A DNA stretch of 64,000 nucleotides from Candidatus Buchananbacteria bacterium (GCA_041664165.1 JBAYLH010000005.1:344-64343); one strand, 5' to 3'. Shown: positions 1-9,672, counted from the stretch's first letter. Notes: a model not told the origin generated them from the letters alone. Made by a program: numbers and translations.

Positions 1-492
1 CTCCACTACCGACAAAGTATAATCGCTGCCGAAGGAATCACAAAGGAAGTGTGGGTTCCCGATAACTGCGAAGTCATTACGACTTGGGCAGCTTGGCAAG
101 AAAAGTTTTTCAGAGCCAGGCCGTTATTTCTTGGCGTTCCGCTTGAAACATATAAGCAGCTAGTAACAAGCGAAACCCAGAATTTCGTACTCATCACCCG
201 AGATGTGAGAATCATCTACTACAGATCTTACCAAGGCAAGGTTATCCTCGAGGCTTATGCCAAGATTAACTGGCCAGCCGGTTTCAATGATGCCATTGAT
301 CCTGTAGAATACCTTGGCAATGGCAAGATTCACATGATCGTCGAGAAAAGCATGTCCGGCCAAGTCGACGCCATTCTTATGGGTGCCTTTATCGGATTGC
401 TGGTAGATTCGGTTATAGCAATTCTTTTTGTGATTTTATTAGGCAACTGGGTCAAACGGCACCGAGAAAAACCACCTGTCACATTGCCTTAA
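1..492 (+). CDS. Hypothetical protein with C-terminal transmembrane helix (5'-truncated by window edge)
   Basis: Frame is open from position 1; hydrophobic stretch AILMGAFIGLLVDSVIAILFVILLG near the C-terminus; followed by a hairpin and T-tract. Confidence 0.6.
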   Translation, partial: LHYRQSIIAAEGITKEVWVPDNCEVITTWAAWQEKFFRARPLFLGVPLETYKQLVTSETQNFVLITRDVRIIYYRSYQGKVILEAYAKINWPAGFNDAIDPVEYLGNGKIHMIVEKSMSGQVDAILMGAFIGLLVDSVIAILFVILLGNWVKRHREKPPVTLP

Positions 493-498
493 CAATGG

Positions 499-553
499 TC
501 TGCACAAGTAACCTTAAATCGGGTAAAACTTTGTGCAGATCTTTTTTTATTTT
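499..553 (+). terminator. Intrinsic terminator between convergent genes
   Basis: tctgcacaag...tttgtgcaga stem followed by tctttttttat. Confidence 0.6.
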
Positions 554-564
554 TAAATATTTTT

Positions 565-846
565 TCAAAATTTTGGCAAGTGATTATTTTTCCGGTAAAA
601 ACGTTTTAACCAAATCTGCTTGAAATAAGGCATCGTTAAAGTGGAAATCATAAAAGCTACCGCCGGCACAATGGCGTTAATCCAAGGCCGGGGTAAATTT
701 ATCGCCCAAAGATAAACGCCGATTGCCAAATAAGTAAATAAAGACAAAAGCCCTCGCCGGTTCCAGCTGGTTTCCCAGGCCTTGTCAATTTCAACGCGTT
801 GATTTCGCTGTTCAATTTCTTTTAACTTTTCTTCAATGTTTTCCAT
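565..846 (-). CDS. Small two-TM membrane protein
   Basis: Coiled N-terminus, RNxRVExDKAWETS motif, two hydrophobic segments; co-oriented with the upstream operon. Confidence 0.65.
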   Translation of the reverse strand: MENIEEKLKEIEQRNQRVEIDKAWETSWNRRGLLSLFTYLAIGVYLWAINLPRPWINAIVPAVAFMISTLTMPYFKQIWLKRFYRKNNHLPKF

Positions 847-863
847 AAGCTAAAACTTAAATT

Positions 864-1760
864 CTAGCCAACAAACACCTGGTAAAAATGCTGGAATTTC
901 CGGCTGATTTGTTCGGCGGCTTCGGCTTGGCTGATTTTCCCGGCTTTGTAGTCAACCAGCGACTGCCAAAAAATTGTCCGACCCACGGCAAAACCAATAA
1001 CCCCGGAGACTTTAGCTCCGGCTTTCAACCATTTTTCTACCTGGGCATCATCGGCACCGCGGCCCAAAACAATGGCGTTGGCTTTCCGGCCACCAGCTTT
1101 AATTTGTTTAACTAACAACTCATAATCTTTAGTCTCGATAAACCCTTCAATTTTCCAAACATCCGGTTCTATGCCGTCCGCTTGCATTTCAACAATCATT
1201 TTAACCATCAAACCCGGCCGAAGTTCGCAATCATAGCGATTACCGTCATTATCAACACAACTTAATTGTTCAGTTGTTGCCGGCACTAACGGCTCAATAA
1301 TAAAACCATAGCCATTTTGGCGACAAAAGTCACTTAGTTCTTTTAACCGCGCTCTTTGCCGAACATTCAAATCTTGGTCGCCTTCGGGATTATAGCGCAC
1401 TAAAGCTTTGGCATAAGTCGGCTGGTATTTATTAATATGAACGCCAAAGTCAGCACCGTATTCAAAAGCATACTCGTCCTGGCCGCTTTTTTCCGTTGAA
1501 AGACAAGTAAGGTAACCCGCAGCTTTGGCGTCTTTTAAAATCGCATCGCCAAACTGCTCATCCACTAAAATTGCCGCCGAAGCCTTGGGCACGGCCCCGG
1601 ACTCAACGGCTAATTTAAAACCTTGATAAATTGTCTGCTTTAAATCTACTGCCTGGTTTAATTCCTCTGCCGTCAAATCCCGGCCATCAGATCCAAACAT
1701 CTTTTTTAAAAATGAAGACCGGTGGTCAAAAGGTAGAATGAATAGTGATTGTTTTTCCAT
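864..1760 (-). CDS. DUF2090 / class I aldolase-like TIM barrel (IolC C-terminal / LacD-like)
   Basis: ILPFDHR, ILVDEQFG, KALVRYNP, EPDVWKIEG (Schiff-base Lys), GFAVGRTIF motifs. Confidence 0.8.
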   Translation of the reverse strand: MEKQSLFILPFDHRSSFLKKMFGSDGRDLTAEELNQAVDLKQTIYQGFKLAVESGAVPKASAAILVDEQFGDAILKDAKAAGYLTCLSTEKSGQDEYAFEYGADFGVHINKYQPTYAKALVRYNPEGDQDLNVRQRARLKELSDFCRQNGYGFIIEPLVPATTEQLSCVDNDGNRYDCELRPGLMVKMIVEMQADGIEPDVWKIEGFIETKDYELLVKQIKAGGRKANAIVLGRGADDAQVEKWLKAGAKVSGVIGFAVGRTIFWQSLVDYKAGKISQAEAAEQISRKFQHFYQVFVG

Positions 1761-1782
1761 AGATTTGGTTATTTATTATTAA

Positions 1783-2736
1783 CTAATCAATCCGATGATG
1801 GGTTGTAATATAGCGAACCGTGCCGGAAGTCGCGCGAATCACGACGGAATGAGTAACAATGCGGTCTTGGCTGAATAACACACCGTTAAGAAATGGCCCT
1901 TCAACAATACCGGTCGCCGTAAAAGTTAAACGATTGCCCTTCGCCAAATCCTTGGCATGAAAAGTATGATTAATATCTCTGATGCCGATTTTTTTTAAAT
2001 ATTTTGTAATTTCGGACTGATCTTTTTCGCTTCTGGGTTTAAATCGGCAGACAATACCGCCGCCAAAAATTTTAACAGCGACGGCGGCTAAAACTGCCTC
2101 CGTACTGCCGCCGGTGCCCATTAAAATATCAATACCCGATTCCGGCAAACAAGTCGCAATGGCCGCGGCGACATCGCCGTCAGTAATTAGCCGAACCCGC
2201 GCGCCGACCTGCCTGATTTCCTTAATCAATTGTTCATGGCGCGGCCGATCCAAGACTACAACCGTCACTTCGCCGATTTCTTTGCCTAATGCCTTAGCGA
2301 CTTTTTTTAAATTAACCTTTACCGGCGCATCCAAATCAATCACCGGCGCCGCAATCGGTCCGGCCGCAATTTTATCCATATAAGTATCCGGGGCATGAAG
2401 CAGGCTGCCTTTCGGTCCGGCGGCGATTACCGAGATAGCATTATACCGGCCCCAGGCGACGCTGTCAGTACATTCTAATGGGTCAATGGCTAAATCCATG
2501 ATTGGGGCTTTTCCCTTGCCGACGATTTCGCCGGTATAAAGCTGAGGGGCTTCGTCTTTTTCGCCTTCCCCGATCACGACTTTGCCCTTGAAATTAATTT
2601 GATTAAAGCGCGCTCGCATTTCCTTAACCGCGGCCGCATCAGCGGCATTTTTGTCGCCTTTACCTAGCCACTTGGCCGCGGCAATCGCCGCCGCTTCGGT
2701 AACCCGGACGAATTCTAAGGCTAAATTTCGATCCAT
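1783..2736 (-). CDS. glpX: Class II fructose-1,6-bisphosphatase
   Basis: RVTEAAA, VVIGEGEKDEAP, DPLECT, LDRPRH, DGDV motifs; start adjusted to MDRNLALEF. Confidence 0.93.
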   Translation of the reverse strand: MDRNLALEFVRVTEAAAIAAAKWLGKGDKNAADAAAVKEMRARFNQINFKGKVVIGEGEKDEAPQLYTGEIVGKGKAPIMDLAIDPLECTDSVAWGRYNAISVIAAGPKGSLLHAPDTYMDKIAAGPIAAPVIDLDAPVKVNLKKVAKALGKEIGEVTVVVLDRPRHEQLIKEIRQVGARVRLITDGDVAAAIATCLPESGIDILMGTGGSTEAVLAAVAVKIFGGGIVCRFKPRSEKDQSEITKYLKKIGIRDINHTFHAKDLAKGNRLTFTATGIVEGPFLNGVLFSQDRIVTHSVVIRATSGTVRYITTHHRID

Positions 2737-2753
2737 AATGTTTAAAGTAATTT

Positions 2754-3095
2754 TTAAGCTAATAAACCACAAGTTACTAAAATTCTTTCCAAGATTCCAT
2801 CAATATTGTCATCGACTTCATTATTCCAAAATCTTAAAACTTTATAACCCTGACTTTCAATATACTGCTGCTTCTTTTCATCTTTAACTACCTGGCTATC
2901 ATCGGCATGGTGACCGCCATCAAGCTCAATAACTAACTTTTTTTTCAAACAGCAAAAATCTGCTACATACTTGCCAATCTTGAATTGGCGCCTAAATTTT
3001 AAACTTCCTAATCGTCTGCCTCTAAGATTACGCCAGAGCTTTTGCTCGTGAGGAGTCTGATTTTTGCGCAATATTTTGGTAATGTGAGTTTTCAT
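2754..3095 (-). CDS. DUF559 (Vsr-like PD-(D/E)xK) endonuclease domain protein
   Basis: LRKNQTPHE, FRRQ, YVADF, IELDGGHH, GYKVLRFWNNEV; start adjusted to MKTHITK. Confidence 0.88.
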   Translation of the reverse strand: MKTHITKILRKNQTPHEQKLWRNLRGRRLGSLKFRRQFKIGKYVADFCCLKKKLVIELDGGHHADDSQVVKDEKKQQYIESQGYKVLRFWNNEVDDNIDGILERILVTCGLLA

Positions 3096-3104
3096 TGATT
3101 GCAA

Positions 3105-3255
3105 CCTCACCCCTGCCTACCGGCAGGCAGGTCTGTCTCATCTCCCCAATGGGAGAGGAGGACTGAATTAATCTTTTGGCGTAGAATGAATGATGTTAAT
3201 AATATAGTTATTTTTTAGTTCCCCCTCTCCGAAGACGGAGAGGGCTGGGGTGAGG
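3105..3255. repeat. Inverted pair of REP-like palindromes upstream of the DUF559 gene, with a 20-bp near-palindrome inserted in the first
   Basis: cctcaccc..tctcccc-aat-gggagagg and ccctctcc-gaagac-ggagagggctggggtgagg; insert cctgcctaccggcaggcagg at 3112-3131. Confidence 0.7.
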
Positions 3256-3339
3256 TGATAAAAATCTTTACTTTATTATTCACTTATCTATTAAAAAATA
3301 CTTTCCATGGCATTGTTTATATTTATTCCTTGAACCGCA

Positions 3340-3771
3340 TTAGTCTGAACATTTCTTTATGTAATTCTCCGCTTCTTTTTTTCCCAAAAATCGTCCCACT
3401 TTCACTGCCTTGCCAATTCGGTGATCGAAGACGTGTGATACAAATTCCATTAGCTTACTTTTTATTTTCTCATCAATCGTCGCTTTATCTCCGAACAACC
3501 TTGTCAAGATGTTGTGATCTTCCTTCCCATCTTCAATTTGTTCCATGATTCCAATCGGCTCACACTCTACTGTCTGCCCAGTCTTTAATTTTTGTTCGGT
3601 AATAACAAAGCAATCAAGTTTATCGCCATCTCCGCTTGTCGTTCCTAAAATAAAGCCATAAGGGAAAGGATATTTACGAGATACGGCAACAGTTTTCTTA
3701 TACTCCAAAGTTTTCTCGTTATACAGGTTTTTTTGGTCGGAACCAGCTTCGTTTTCAATAAATATCTTCAT
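3340..3771 (-). CDS. ppa: Family I inorganic pyrophosphatase-like protein
   Basis: YPFPYGFILGTTSGDGDKLDC (DGDPLD-type motif), EDGKEDHNI. Confidence 0.8.
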   Translation of the reverse strand: MKIFIENEAGSDQKNLYNEKTLEYKKTVAVSRKYPFPYGFILGTTSGDGDKLDCFVITEQKLKTGQTVECEPIGIMEQIEDGKEDHNILTRLFGDKATIDEKIKSKLMEFVSHVFDHRIGKAVKVGRFLGKKEAENYIKKCSD

Positions 3772-3796
3772 TTAATTTTTCACAGCACTTTTAAAT

Positions 3797-4468
3797 TTAG
3801 TCTTTGACTAAATGTTTATTATAGCCCGCCGCCACTAACTGCTTATATGCGGCCCAGACGTCAATAGGAATTTCTTGCGGGATTTGAAAACCTTTTTCGG
3901 GATAGATTTTGAGCCGCTGCAAATCGCCGACCATAAGATTGATTACTTCATCTTGAGATTTAAATCCTTTGGAATAATCTTCAAACGCGATTGGCGGCGA
4001 AGTAACAATAGCTTCCATTTCCGGCCAAAAATTTTTAAACGTAGCATCAGCCCGGCGTTCCATATAAGGTTTTTGAACCAAAATAATTTTTTTGGGCTTT
4101 AAACCCATTTTTTCCACTAACCTTTTGGTAAACAAAATATTTTCGCCGGTATTTTGCGATTCTTTTTCAATAATAATTTTGGCCTTTGGTACGCCCATTT
4201 CTTCGGCTTTCCGAGCAAAAACCTCGGCTTCGGCTTTTCCCCACGCCGACCAGCTGGTAGAAAGCAAATCAGCCCGATGGCCGAAGCCGGTTCCGGAAAA
4301 AATAATCAATGGCGCCCAATTAGCTAAAAATAATTTAGCGGCATATTCGGCGACCCGCAAATCATGGCTGCCCAAAACTAGCATCAAATCGCCATTTTCC
4401 AGCTTTTGATTCAAGTGGTGATAATCCCAAATTTTTTTGGCCAAAAAATTAATTTGATCTTTTTCCAT
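3797..4468 (-). CDS. YdcF / DUF218 family protein
   Basis: IWDYH, VLGSHD, FSG, EAEVF, SQNTGEN, VQKPYMERR. Confidence 0.88.
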   Translation of the reverse strand: MEKDQINFLAKKIWDYHHLNQKLENGDLMLVLGSHDLRVAEYAAKLFLANWAPLIIFSGTGFGHRADLLSTSWSAWGKAEAEVFARKAEEMGVPKAKIIIEKESQNTGENILFTKRLVEKMGLKPKKIILVQKPYMERRADATFKNFWPEMEAIVTSPPIAFEDYSKGFKSQDEVINLMVGDLQRLKIYPEKGFQIPQEIPIDVWAAYKQLVAAGYNKHLVKD

Positions 4469-4474
4469 AGTTAA

Positions 4475-4969
4475 TCATTGACAAAATATTTCTATCCACT
4501 TCCTTGTCGAATTTAAAAAATTATCAGGGTTTACCCGTATTGCCTGCAATAGTTCTTCTGTTTTGAACCATTTGATTTCTTCCACTTCATCCTTATTGAT
4601 AACAAATTCCGCTTCAGGCTTATTGATTTTAATCAAATACCGCTTTACAAAATAATTATACTTTCCCGATATTCTTTCTTTCGGTCCGGCTTGCGGCACA
4701 ATTCCTTTCAGCCCTATTTCTTCTTCAGCTTCTTTACAGATATTTGTTAAATAATCTTCTTCTTGCTCGACCGTTCCGGCAACTGCCGGCCCCCACTTTC
4801 CCGGGTCATGAGATTTTGTCAACGATCTTCGCGCTAGCAAAATATCGCCCTTATCGTTTGTGATCCATAGCGCCGACACCCGATAAATATCTTCTTGTTT
4901 CACCGCGTCTCTATCCTTATAGCCAATAACATTATCTTTTTCGTCCACGATTACAATTTTTGATTTCAT
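4475..4969 (-). CDS. NUDIX hydrolase (Idi type-1-like fold)
   Basis: IVDEKDNVIG, ILLARRS, PGKWGPAVAG, KEAEEEIG Nudix box. Confidence 0.82.
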   Translation of the reverse strand: MKSKIVIVDEKDNVIGYKDRDAVKQEDIYRVSALWITNDKGDILLARRSLTKSHDPGKWGPAVAGTVEQEEDYLTNICKEAEEEIGLKGIVPQAGPKERISGKYNYFVKRYLIKINKPEAEFVINKDEVEEIKWFKTEELLQAIRVNPDNFLNSTRKWIEIFCQ

Positions 4970-5003
4970 ATTTCCACCGTATTTTTAAAATCTTTTTTAT
5001 TTA

Positions 5004-5654
5004 TCATCCGCGCTTGCGAATAATGATCAGATACGCCTCAGCTGTAAGCGTTACCGGGTCATGGTTTTCATTATACTCATAAACGTCAGCTTCCGGCGTT
5101 CTTATTTCTTCTATCTGGATATTGCCACCGGCTTTTAAATTCTCCAGCGCTTCATCAACACTTTGAGATGGCCGTTGTAATTTTGACTCTTTCCGTCTCA
5201 AAACCCGCGCCAGGCGAATTTCACCGCCAGGTCTTATCACTCTCACCATTTCAGCCAAACTATTCATTACTTTCTCTTTTGCGGTGTCACCATTTCCTTC
5301 GCCGGTATAGACATTCGGAATCGCGGCATTTGAAACGACCAAATCGAAAGATTCATCCGCAAACGGTATCGCCTCGGCTTGGGCCACCACACTTTTATCT
5401 TTTCCGGTCAGATTTTCTTTTCTGGGCTCTAAACTATAAATTTCAGTACTTACCCTATGTTCTTTTGCCCATTTTGCGAATTGAGCCGCCCCGGCGCCGA
5501 CATCAAGAATTTTCTTGCCAAAATCATCCGGCTCCAGCCGGAGATCTTCTATGTAGTCCTGAAAAACTTCCTCATTAGTTTTCTCGATTATTGATGGTTC
5601 TCGCTCAAAATTTTTCATAATTTTATCCGATCTTATTTCTGCTTCCTGCGACAC
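5004..5654 (-). CDS. Class I SAM-dependent methyltransferase
   Basis: ILDVGAGAA, AEAIPFADESFDLVVS, EMVRVIRPGG. Confidence 0.85.
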   Translation of the reverse strand: MSQEAEIRSDKIMKNFEREPSIIEKTNEEVFQDYIEDLRLEPDDFGKKILDVGAGAAQFAKWAKEHRVSTEIYSLEPRKENLTGKDKSVVAQAEAIPFADESFDLVVSNAAIPNVYTGEGNGDTAKEKVMNSLAEMVRVIRPGGEIRLARVLRRKESKLQRPSQSVDEALENLKAGGNIQIEEIRTPEADVYEYNENHDPVTLTAEAYLIIIRKRG

Positions 5655-5792
5655 TTTTTAAACTTAATAGCGATACCACGCTGACTTAATTTTTAAAAAT
5701 GTAATGATTTTATATGGTAATTTTAGCATAAAATTGAGCCAAAATCAAAACTCCCCTTTCGAGGAGCTATATCTTCCATTCTTTATAATCTA

Positions 5793-6038
5793 TTACAACT
5801 TTGCTCTTATGTCATCCCAGGTGATTCCACTACAATTTTCTATCTCTTTTAGAAGATAATACAATACATCTTTTCTTAAATCAGCTTGTATGATAACACA
5901 TTTCTGAGTTCGCGGCCACGTCGCTTTATAATGGCTACCATCACCACCATCAGTATTTATATCAAATCCTAAACTACTTAACGCCCTAATAAATTTTTTC
6001 CTTCTTACATAACCTGGTAATTGACTAAGCGAGGGCAT
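5793..6038 (-). CDS. HicA-like toxin (putative mRNA interferase)
   Basis: RKKFIRALSSLGF...GGDGSHYK motif; start adjusted to MPSLSQL, overlapping the upstream gene. Confidence 0.7.
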   Translation of the reverse strand: MPSLSQLPGYVRRKKFIRALSSLGFDINTDGGDGSHYKATWPRTQKCVIIQADLRKDVLYYLLKEIENCSGITWDDIRAKL

Positions 6039-6348
6039 ACTGCTTCTGAGTTTCATCAGTCCGCTGTATTTTAGCTTCTTGAGCGTATGACGACGGAACT
6101 TCAAAGGAAGTTAAAATTGCATCTTTTATTTTTTTATCTAATTCTTTATAATTTTTACCAGAAGTAACTATTGATCCAAATTTAAAATTAGTACTTATAG
6201 CAACTATAGAATTATCACTTTTCTTATACTCAAAGTTAATAGATCCGTAATTTCTAAAATATTCACTTAAATCAAGCAAGCTTCGTGGAATTAATTCACC
6301 ACAAAAACACTTTAATATTAGATCTTTTGACTTCTTAATTATTGACAT
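6025..6348 (-). CDS. Short HicB-like antitoxin
   Basis: IVAIS...IVTSGKNYKELDKKIKDAIL matches the HicB partial RNase H fold pattern; overlaps the hicA-like ORF. Confidence 0.62.
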   Translation of the reverse strand: MSIIKKSKDLILKCFCGELIPRSLLDLSEYFRNYGSINFEYKKSDNSIVAISTNFKFGSIVTSGKNYKELDKKIKDAILTSFEVPSSYAQEAKIQRTDETQKQYALA

Positions 6349-6361
6349 ATTGAGATAGATT

Positions 6362-6390
6362 ATTTTAACTTAATTTGATTACCTTGTCAA
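6362..6390 (-). promoter_or_regulatory. Sigma70-type promoter of the hicBA-like pair
   Basis: TTGACA-17 bp-TAAAAT on the minus strand, just upstream of the start codon. Confidence 0.7.
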
Positions 6391-6562
6391 TAGATTGAAT
6401 AAAAATGTAAAGGCTAAGTTAAAATGTCATAGATTGAATAAAAACCACTATATTATTTACTATACTGGTAAGAAGTTAAGTCTTTATCAAAAATAAACTT
6501 ATCCACATTCTCTAATATAAGTATACCACTACCTCTGCTATAAATAAAACTTAAAAAATCCA

Positions 6563-9289
6563 TTATTTGCCGCAGCACTTCTTAAACTTTTTCCCGCTGC
6601 CACAAGGACACAAATCATTGCGGCTGACTTTTTGGCCTTGGTAATAATGCGTCGGGTCGTCAATTGGTTTTTGGGCATCGCGGCTGGCGGCTTCCTTTTC
6701 CTGCGGCGTGGCGGCCTGGGCAATTGCCGATTGGCCCTTAGCCATGGTTTTTGCCGGCGCGACAAAAGTTAAGTTGCCGGCCGCCGGCATGACCTGAGGC
6801 GCGATATTAGCCGCGACGCCGACTTTATAGATACTATAGACAACTTGTTTGCGAATGGTCAGTAGCAAATCTTTAAACAGCTGAAACGCTTCTCTTTTAT
6901 ACTCTACCAGCGGATCGCGCTGGCCGTAACCGCGCAAGCCGATACCGGTTCGCAGATGTTCCAATGATTCCAGATGCTCAATCCATAAAATATCCATGCT
7001 GCGAAGTAAAATTCCTTTTTCCACCTGATGCATCGCTCCTTCGTCATTTAACCGAGCGCCAATTTCTTTTTCCAGTTTGTTATAAGCTTCAACAGCTAAT
7101 TTGTATAAATAACCGATTAGCCGGCCGCGCGCGCTTTTGTCTTCAATGTAACTGCCGGCTTGTTCAGAAATATCCTGCAATTTCAATCGCGTGCCGGGCG
7201 GTACGGGAAATATCGTATTGATAACTTCGTAAATTTCTTCAATGTTCCAGGTTTTTTCATCAGCGGCCGCGGTATGGAAATCAACCGCTTCAACGATTTC
7301 ATCTTCTACCATTTCCAAAACTGTCGTTTTCAAATCGGAATTAGTTAAAACATCTTTGCGTTTTTTGTAAATCGTTTCGCGGTGCTTGTTCAAAACATCA
7401 TCATATTCAACCAAGTGTTTTCGGGTGTCAAAATGAAAACCTTCGACTTTTTTCTGCGCCGCTTCCAATGATTTGGAAATCAGATTATTTTCAATCGGCA
7501 TGTCGTCGGGAATTTTCAGGGTTTCCATGATTTTTTTAATCCGGTCGGAACCGAAAATCCGCATCAAGTCATCGTCCAAAGAAACATAAAACTGCGACTG
7601 CCCCGGGTCGCCTTGCCGGCCGCCGCGGCCGCGCAGCTGATTATCAATCCGCCTAGACTCGTGCCGCTCAGTGCCGATAATAATTAAACCGCCGGCTTCT
7701 TTAACTTTCCGTTCCTCTTCGGGATCAACCGGGTCGCCGCCAAGCTTGATATCAACGCCGCGACCGGCCATATTGGTAGCCACGGTTACCGCGCCGAACC
7801 GGCCGGCCTGAGAAATTATTTGGGCTTCTTTTTCGTGAAATTTAGCGTTCAAAACTTGAGCTTTTACTCCCTCGCGCTCCAACAGCTGAGCCAACAGCTC
7901 ATTTTTTTCAATGGAAATCGTGCCAATTAAAACCGGCTGGCCTTTTTGGCTTCTTTCCTTGACGTCTTTAGCCACCGCTAAAAACTTCGCTGCTTCGTTT
8001 TTGTATATTCGGTCGGCCAAATCAGCCCGAACCATCAGCTGGTTAGTCGGAATGACGGTAACGTCCAAATTATAAATTTTGGAAAATTCTTCCGCTTCCG
8101 TCGCGGCCGTGCCGGTCATGCCGGCCAATTTTTTGTAAAGCCGAAAATAATTTTGAAAAGTTACCGTCGCCAAAGTGCGGGACTCACGCTGAACCGTCAC
8201 ACCTTCCTTGGCTTCGATAGCCTGGTGCAAGCCTTCGCTGTAGCGCCGGCCAAACATCATCCGGCCGGTGAATTCATCGACAATGATTATTTCGCCGTCT
8301 TTAACGACGTAATCGCGGTCGAGCTTAAATAAAGCGTGAGCCCGCAACGCTTGTTCAATATGATGGACTTCGGAAACGCCGCCAGCGGTATAAATATTTT
8401 CCACCCCGAGCCACTTTTCCATTTTCGCCACCCCGGTTTCGGTCAGAGTCGCCGCCCGCATTTTTTCGTCAACGTTATAATCTTCGTTTTCTTTCAAATT
8501 AACCACCAACTTGGCAAACTGATGATATTTATCCGTTGACTCCATATCCGGCGCCGAAATAATCAAAGGCGTTCTGGCTTCATCGATTAAAATGCTATCG
8601 ACTTCATCGACAATGGCGTAGTGCAAATCGCGCTGAACCATCTGGCTTAAATCGGAAACCATATTGTCGCGCAGATAGTCAAAGCCGAATTCGTTATTGG
8701 TGCCATAAGTAATATCCGCCAAATATGCTTCCCGGCGCGAAATCGGTTTTAAGTTGACCAATCTTTCGTCGGTCGCATTTTCGTCGGTAAATTCCGGATC
8801 ATATAAATATGCCGCGTCGTGGATAATCACGCCGCAAGTTAACCCCAGCCGATGATAAACCGGACCCATCCAGCCGCAGTCACGGCGGGATAAATAATCG
8901 TTAACCGTAACCAAATGGCAGCCTTTGCCTGCCAAAGCGTTAAGGTAAACCGCTGTCGTCGCCGACAAAGTCTTGCCTTCGCCGGTCTTTTGCTCGGCAA
9001 TTTGGCCTGAATGTAAAACCATACCAGCCAAAAGCTGGACATCGTAATGCCGCTGGCCGATTGACCGCCTGGCCGCTTCTCGGACGCAGGCAAAAGTCTC
9101 CGGCAAAATATCGTCTAAAGTTTTTCCTTTTTCCAATTCGGCTTTGAATCTTTGAGTCTGGTCTTTAAGCTCTGAATCGGAAAAAGCCGAAAATTTAGAT
9201 TCCAGCTGATTAATTTGTTCGACTCTTGGCTGCAAAGTTTTTAAAAACTTCTCATTGGCATCACCGAAGATAAGATTAAGTAAATTCAT
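6563..9289 (-). CDS. secA: Preprotein translocase ATPase SecA
   Basis: KTGEGKT, IVDEVDSILIDEARTPLIIS, ATNMAGRG, QRDPLVEYK, C-terminal CPCGSGKKFKKCC. Confidence 0.98.
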   Translation of the reverse strand: MNLLNLIFGDANEKFLKTLQPRVEQINQLESKFSAFSDSELKDQTQRFKAELEKGKTLDDILPETFACVREAARRSIGQRHYDVQLLAGMVLHSGQIAEQKTGEGKTLSATTAVYLNALAGKGCHLVTVNDYLSRRDCGWMGPVYHRLGLTCGVIIHDAAYLYDPEFTDENATDERLVNLKPISRREAYLADITYGTNNEFGFDYLRDNMVSDLSQMVQRDLHYAIVDEVDSILIDEARTPLIISAPDMESTDKYHQFAKLVVNLKENEDYNVDEKMRAATLTETGVAKMEKWLGVENIYTAGGVSEVHHIEQALRAHALFKLDRDYVVKDGEIIIVDEFTGRMMFGRRYSEGLHQAIEAKEGVTVQRESRTLATVTFQNYFRLYKKLAGMTGTAATEAEEFSKIYNLDVTVIPTNQLMVRADLADRIYKNEAAKFLAVAKDVKERSQKGQPVLIGTISIEKNELLAQLLEREGVKAQVLNAKFHEKEAQIISQAGRFGAVTVATNMAGRGVDIKLGGDPVDPEEERKVKEAGGLIIIGTERHESRRIDNQLRGRGGRQGDPGQSQFYVSLDDDLMRIFGSDRIKKIMETLKIPDDMPIENNLISKSLEAAQKKVEGFHFDTRKHLVEYDDVLNKHRETIYKKRKDVLTNSDLKTTVLEMVEDEIVEAVDFHTAAADEKTWNIEEIYEVINTIFPVPPGTRLKLQDISEQAGSYIEDKSARGRLIGYLYKLAVEAYNKLEKEIGARLNDEGAMHQVEKGILLRSMDILWIEHLESLEHLRTGIGLRGYGQRDPLVEYKREAFQLFKDLLLTIRKQVVYSIYKVGVAANIAPQVMPAAGNLTFVAPAKTMAKGQSAIAQAATPQEKEAASRDAQKPIDDPTHYYQGQKVSRNDLCPCGSGKKFKKCCGK

Positions 9290-9333
9290 AAGATAATAAG
9301 TTGAATTTAAATTTAAATTTGTAAAAACCTACC

Positions 9334-9478
9334 TCTCGCCCCCTCACCAAGCCTTTGATTAAACTTTGATATCCAACCGACTAAGCTGTTGGTTTAGCCC
9401 GGATAAGGTAGGCGGTTTCCGACGGGATAACACTTAATTTTTAGGATCACTCATTCGGGCTTGGTGGGGGTGGTCACC
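9334..9478. repeat. ~140-bp inverted-repeat-bounded element, copy 1
   Basis: ccccctcaccaagcc...ggcttggtggggg closing stem; flanks tctcgcccc and ggtcacca shared with the adjacent copy. Confidence 0.6.
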
Positions 9479-9545
9479 AAAAATTTTATTAAGTATGTTT
9501 ATAAGATATAAAAAATTTTAAAGTAAAAGTTAGTAAAAATTATCT

Positions 9546-9672
9546 TCTCGCCCCGTACTAAGTCGCAAATAAATATTTGAAATTGATCCAAGCCAGCCGC
9601 TAGGCGGTGTTCGCGCCAAAAAAACAAAATGTTAAATTGAAATGAACCGCGGACTTTAGTGCGGGGTCACCA
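9546..9672. repeat. ~127-bp inverted-repeat-bounded element, copy 2
   Basis: ccccgtactaagtc...gactttagtgcgggg closing stem; internal taggcggt shared with copy 1. Confidence 0.6.

Noticed and set aside
6499-6507. DnaA box TTATCCACA in an AT-rich gap as a possible oriC
   Set aside because: It is a single box with no cluster and no dnaA/dnaN nearby
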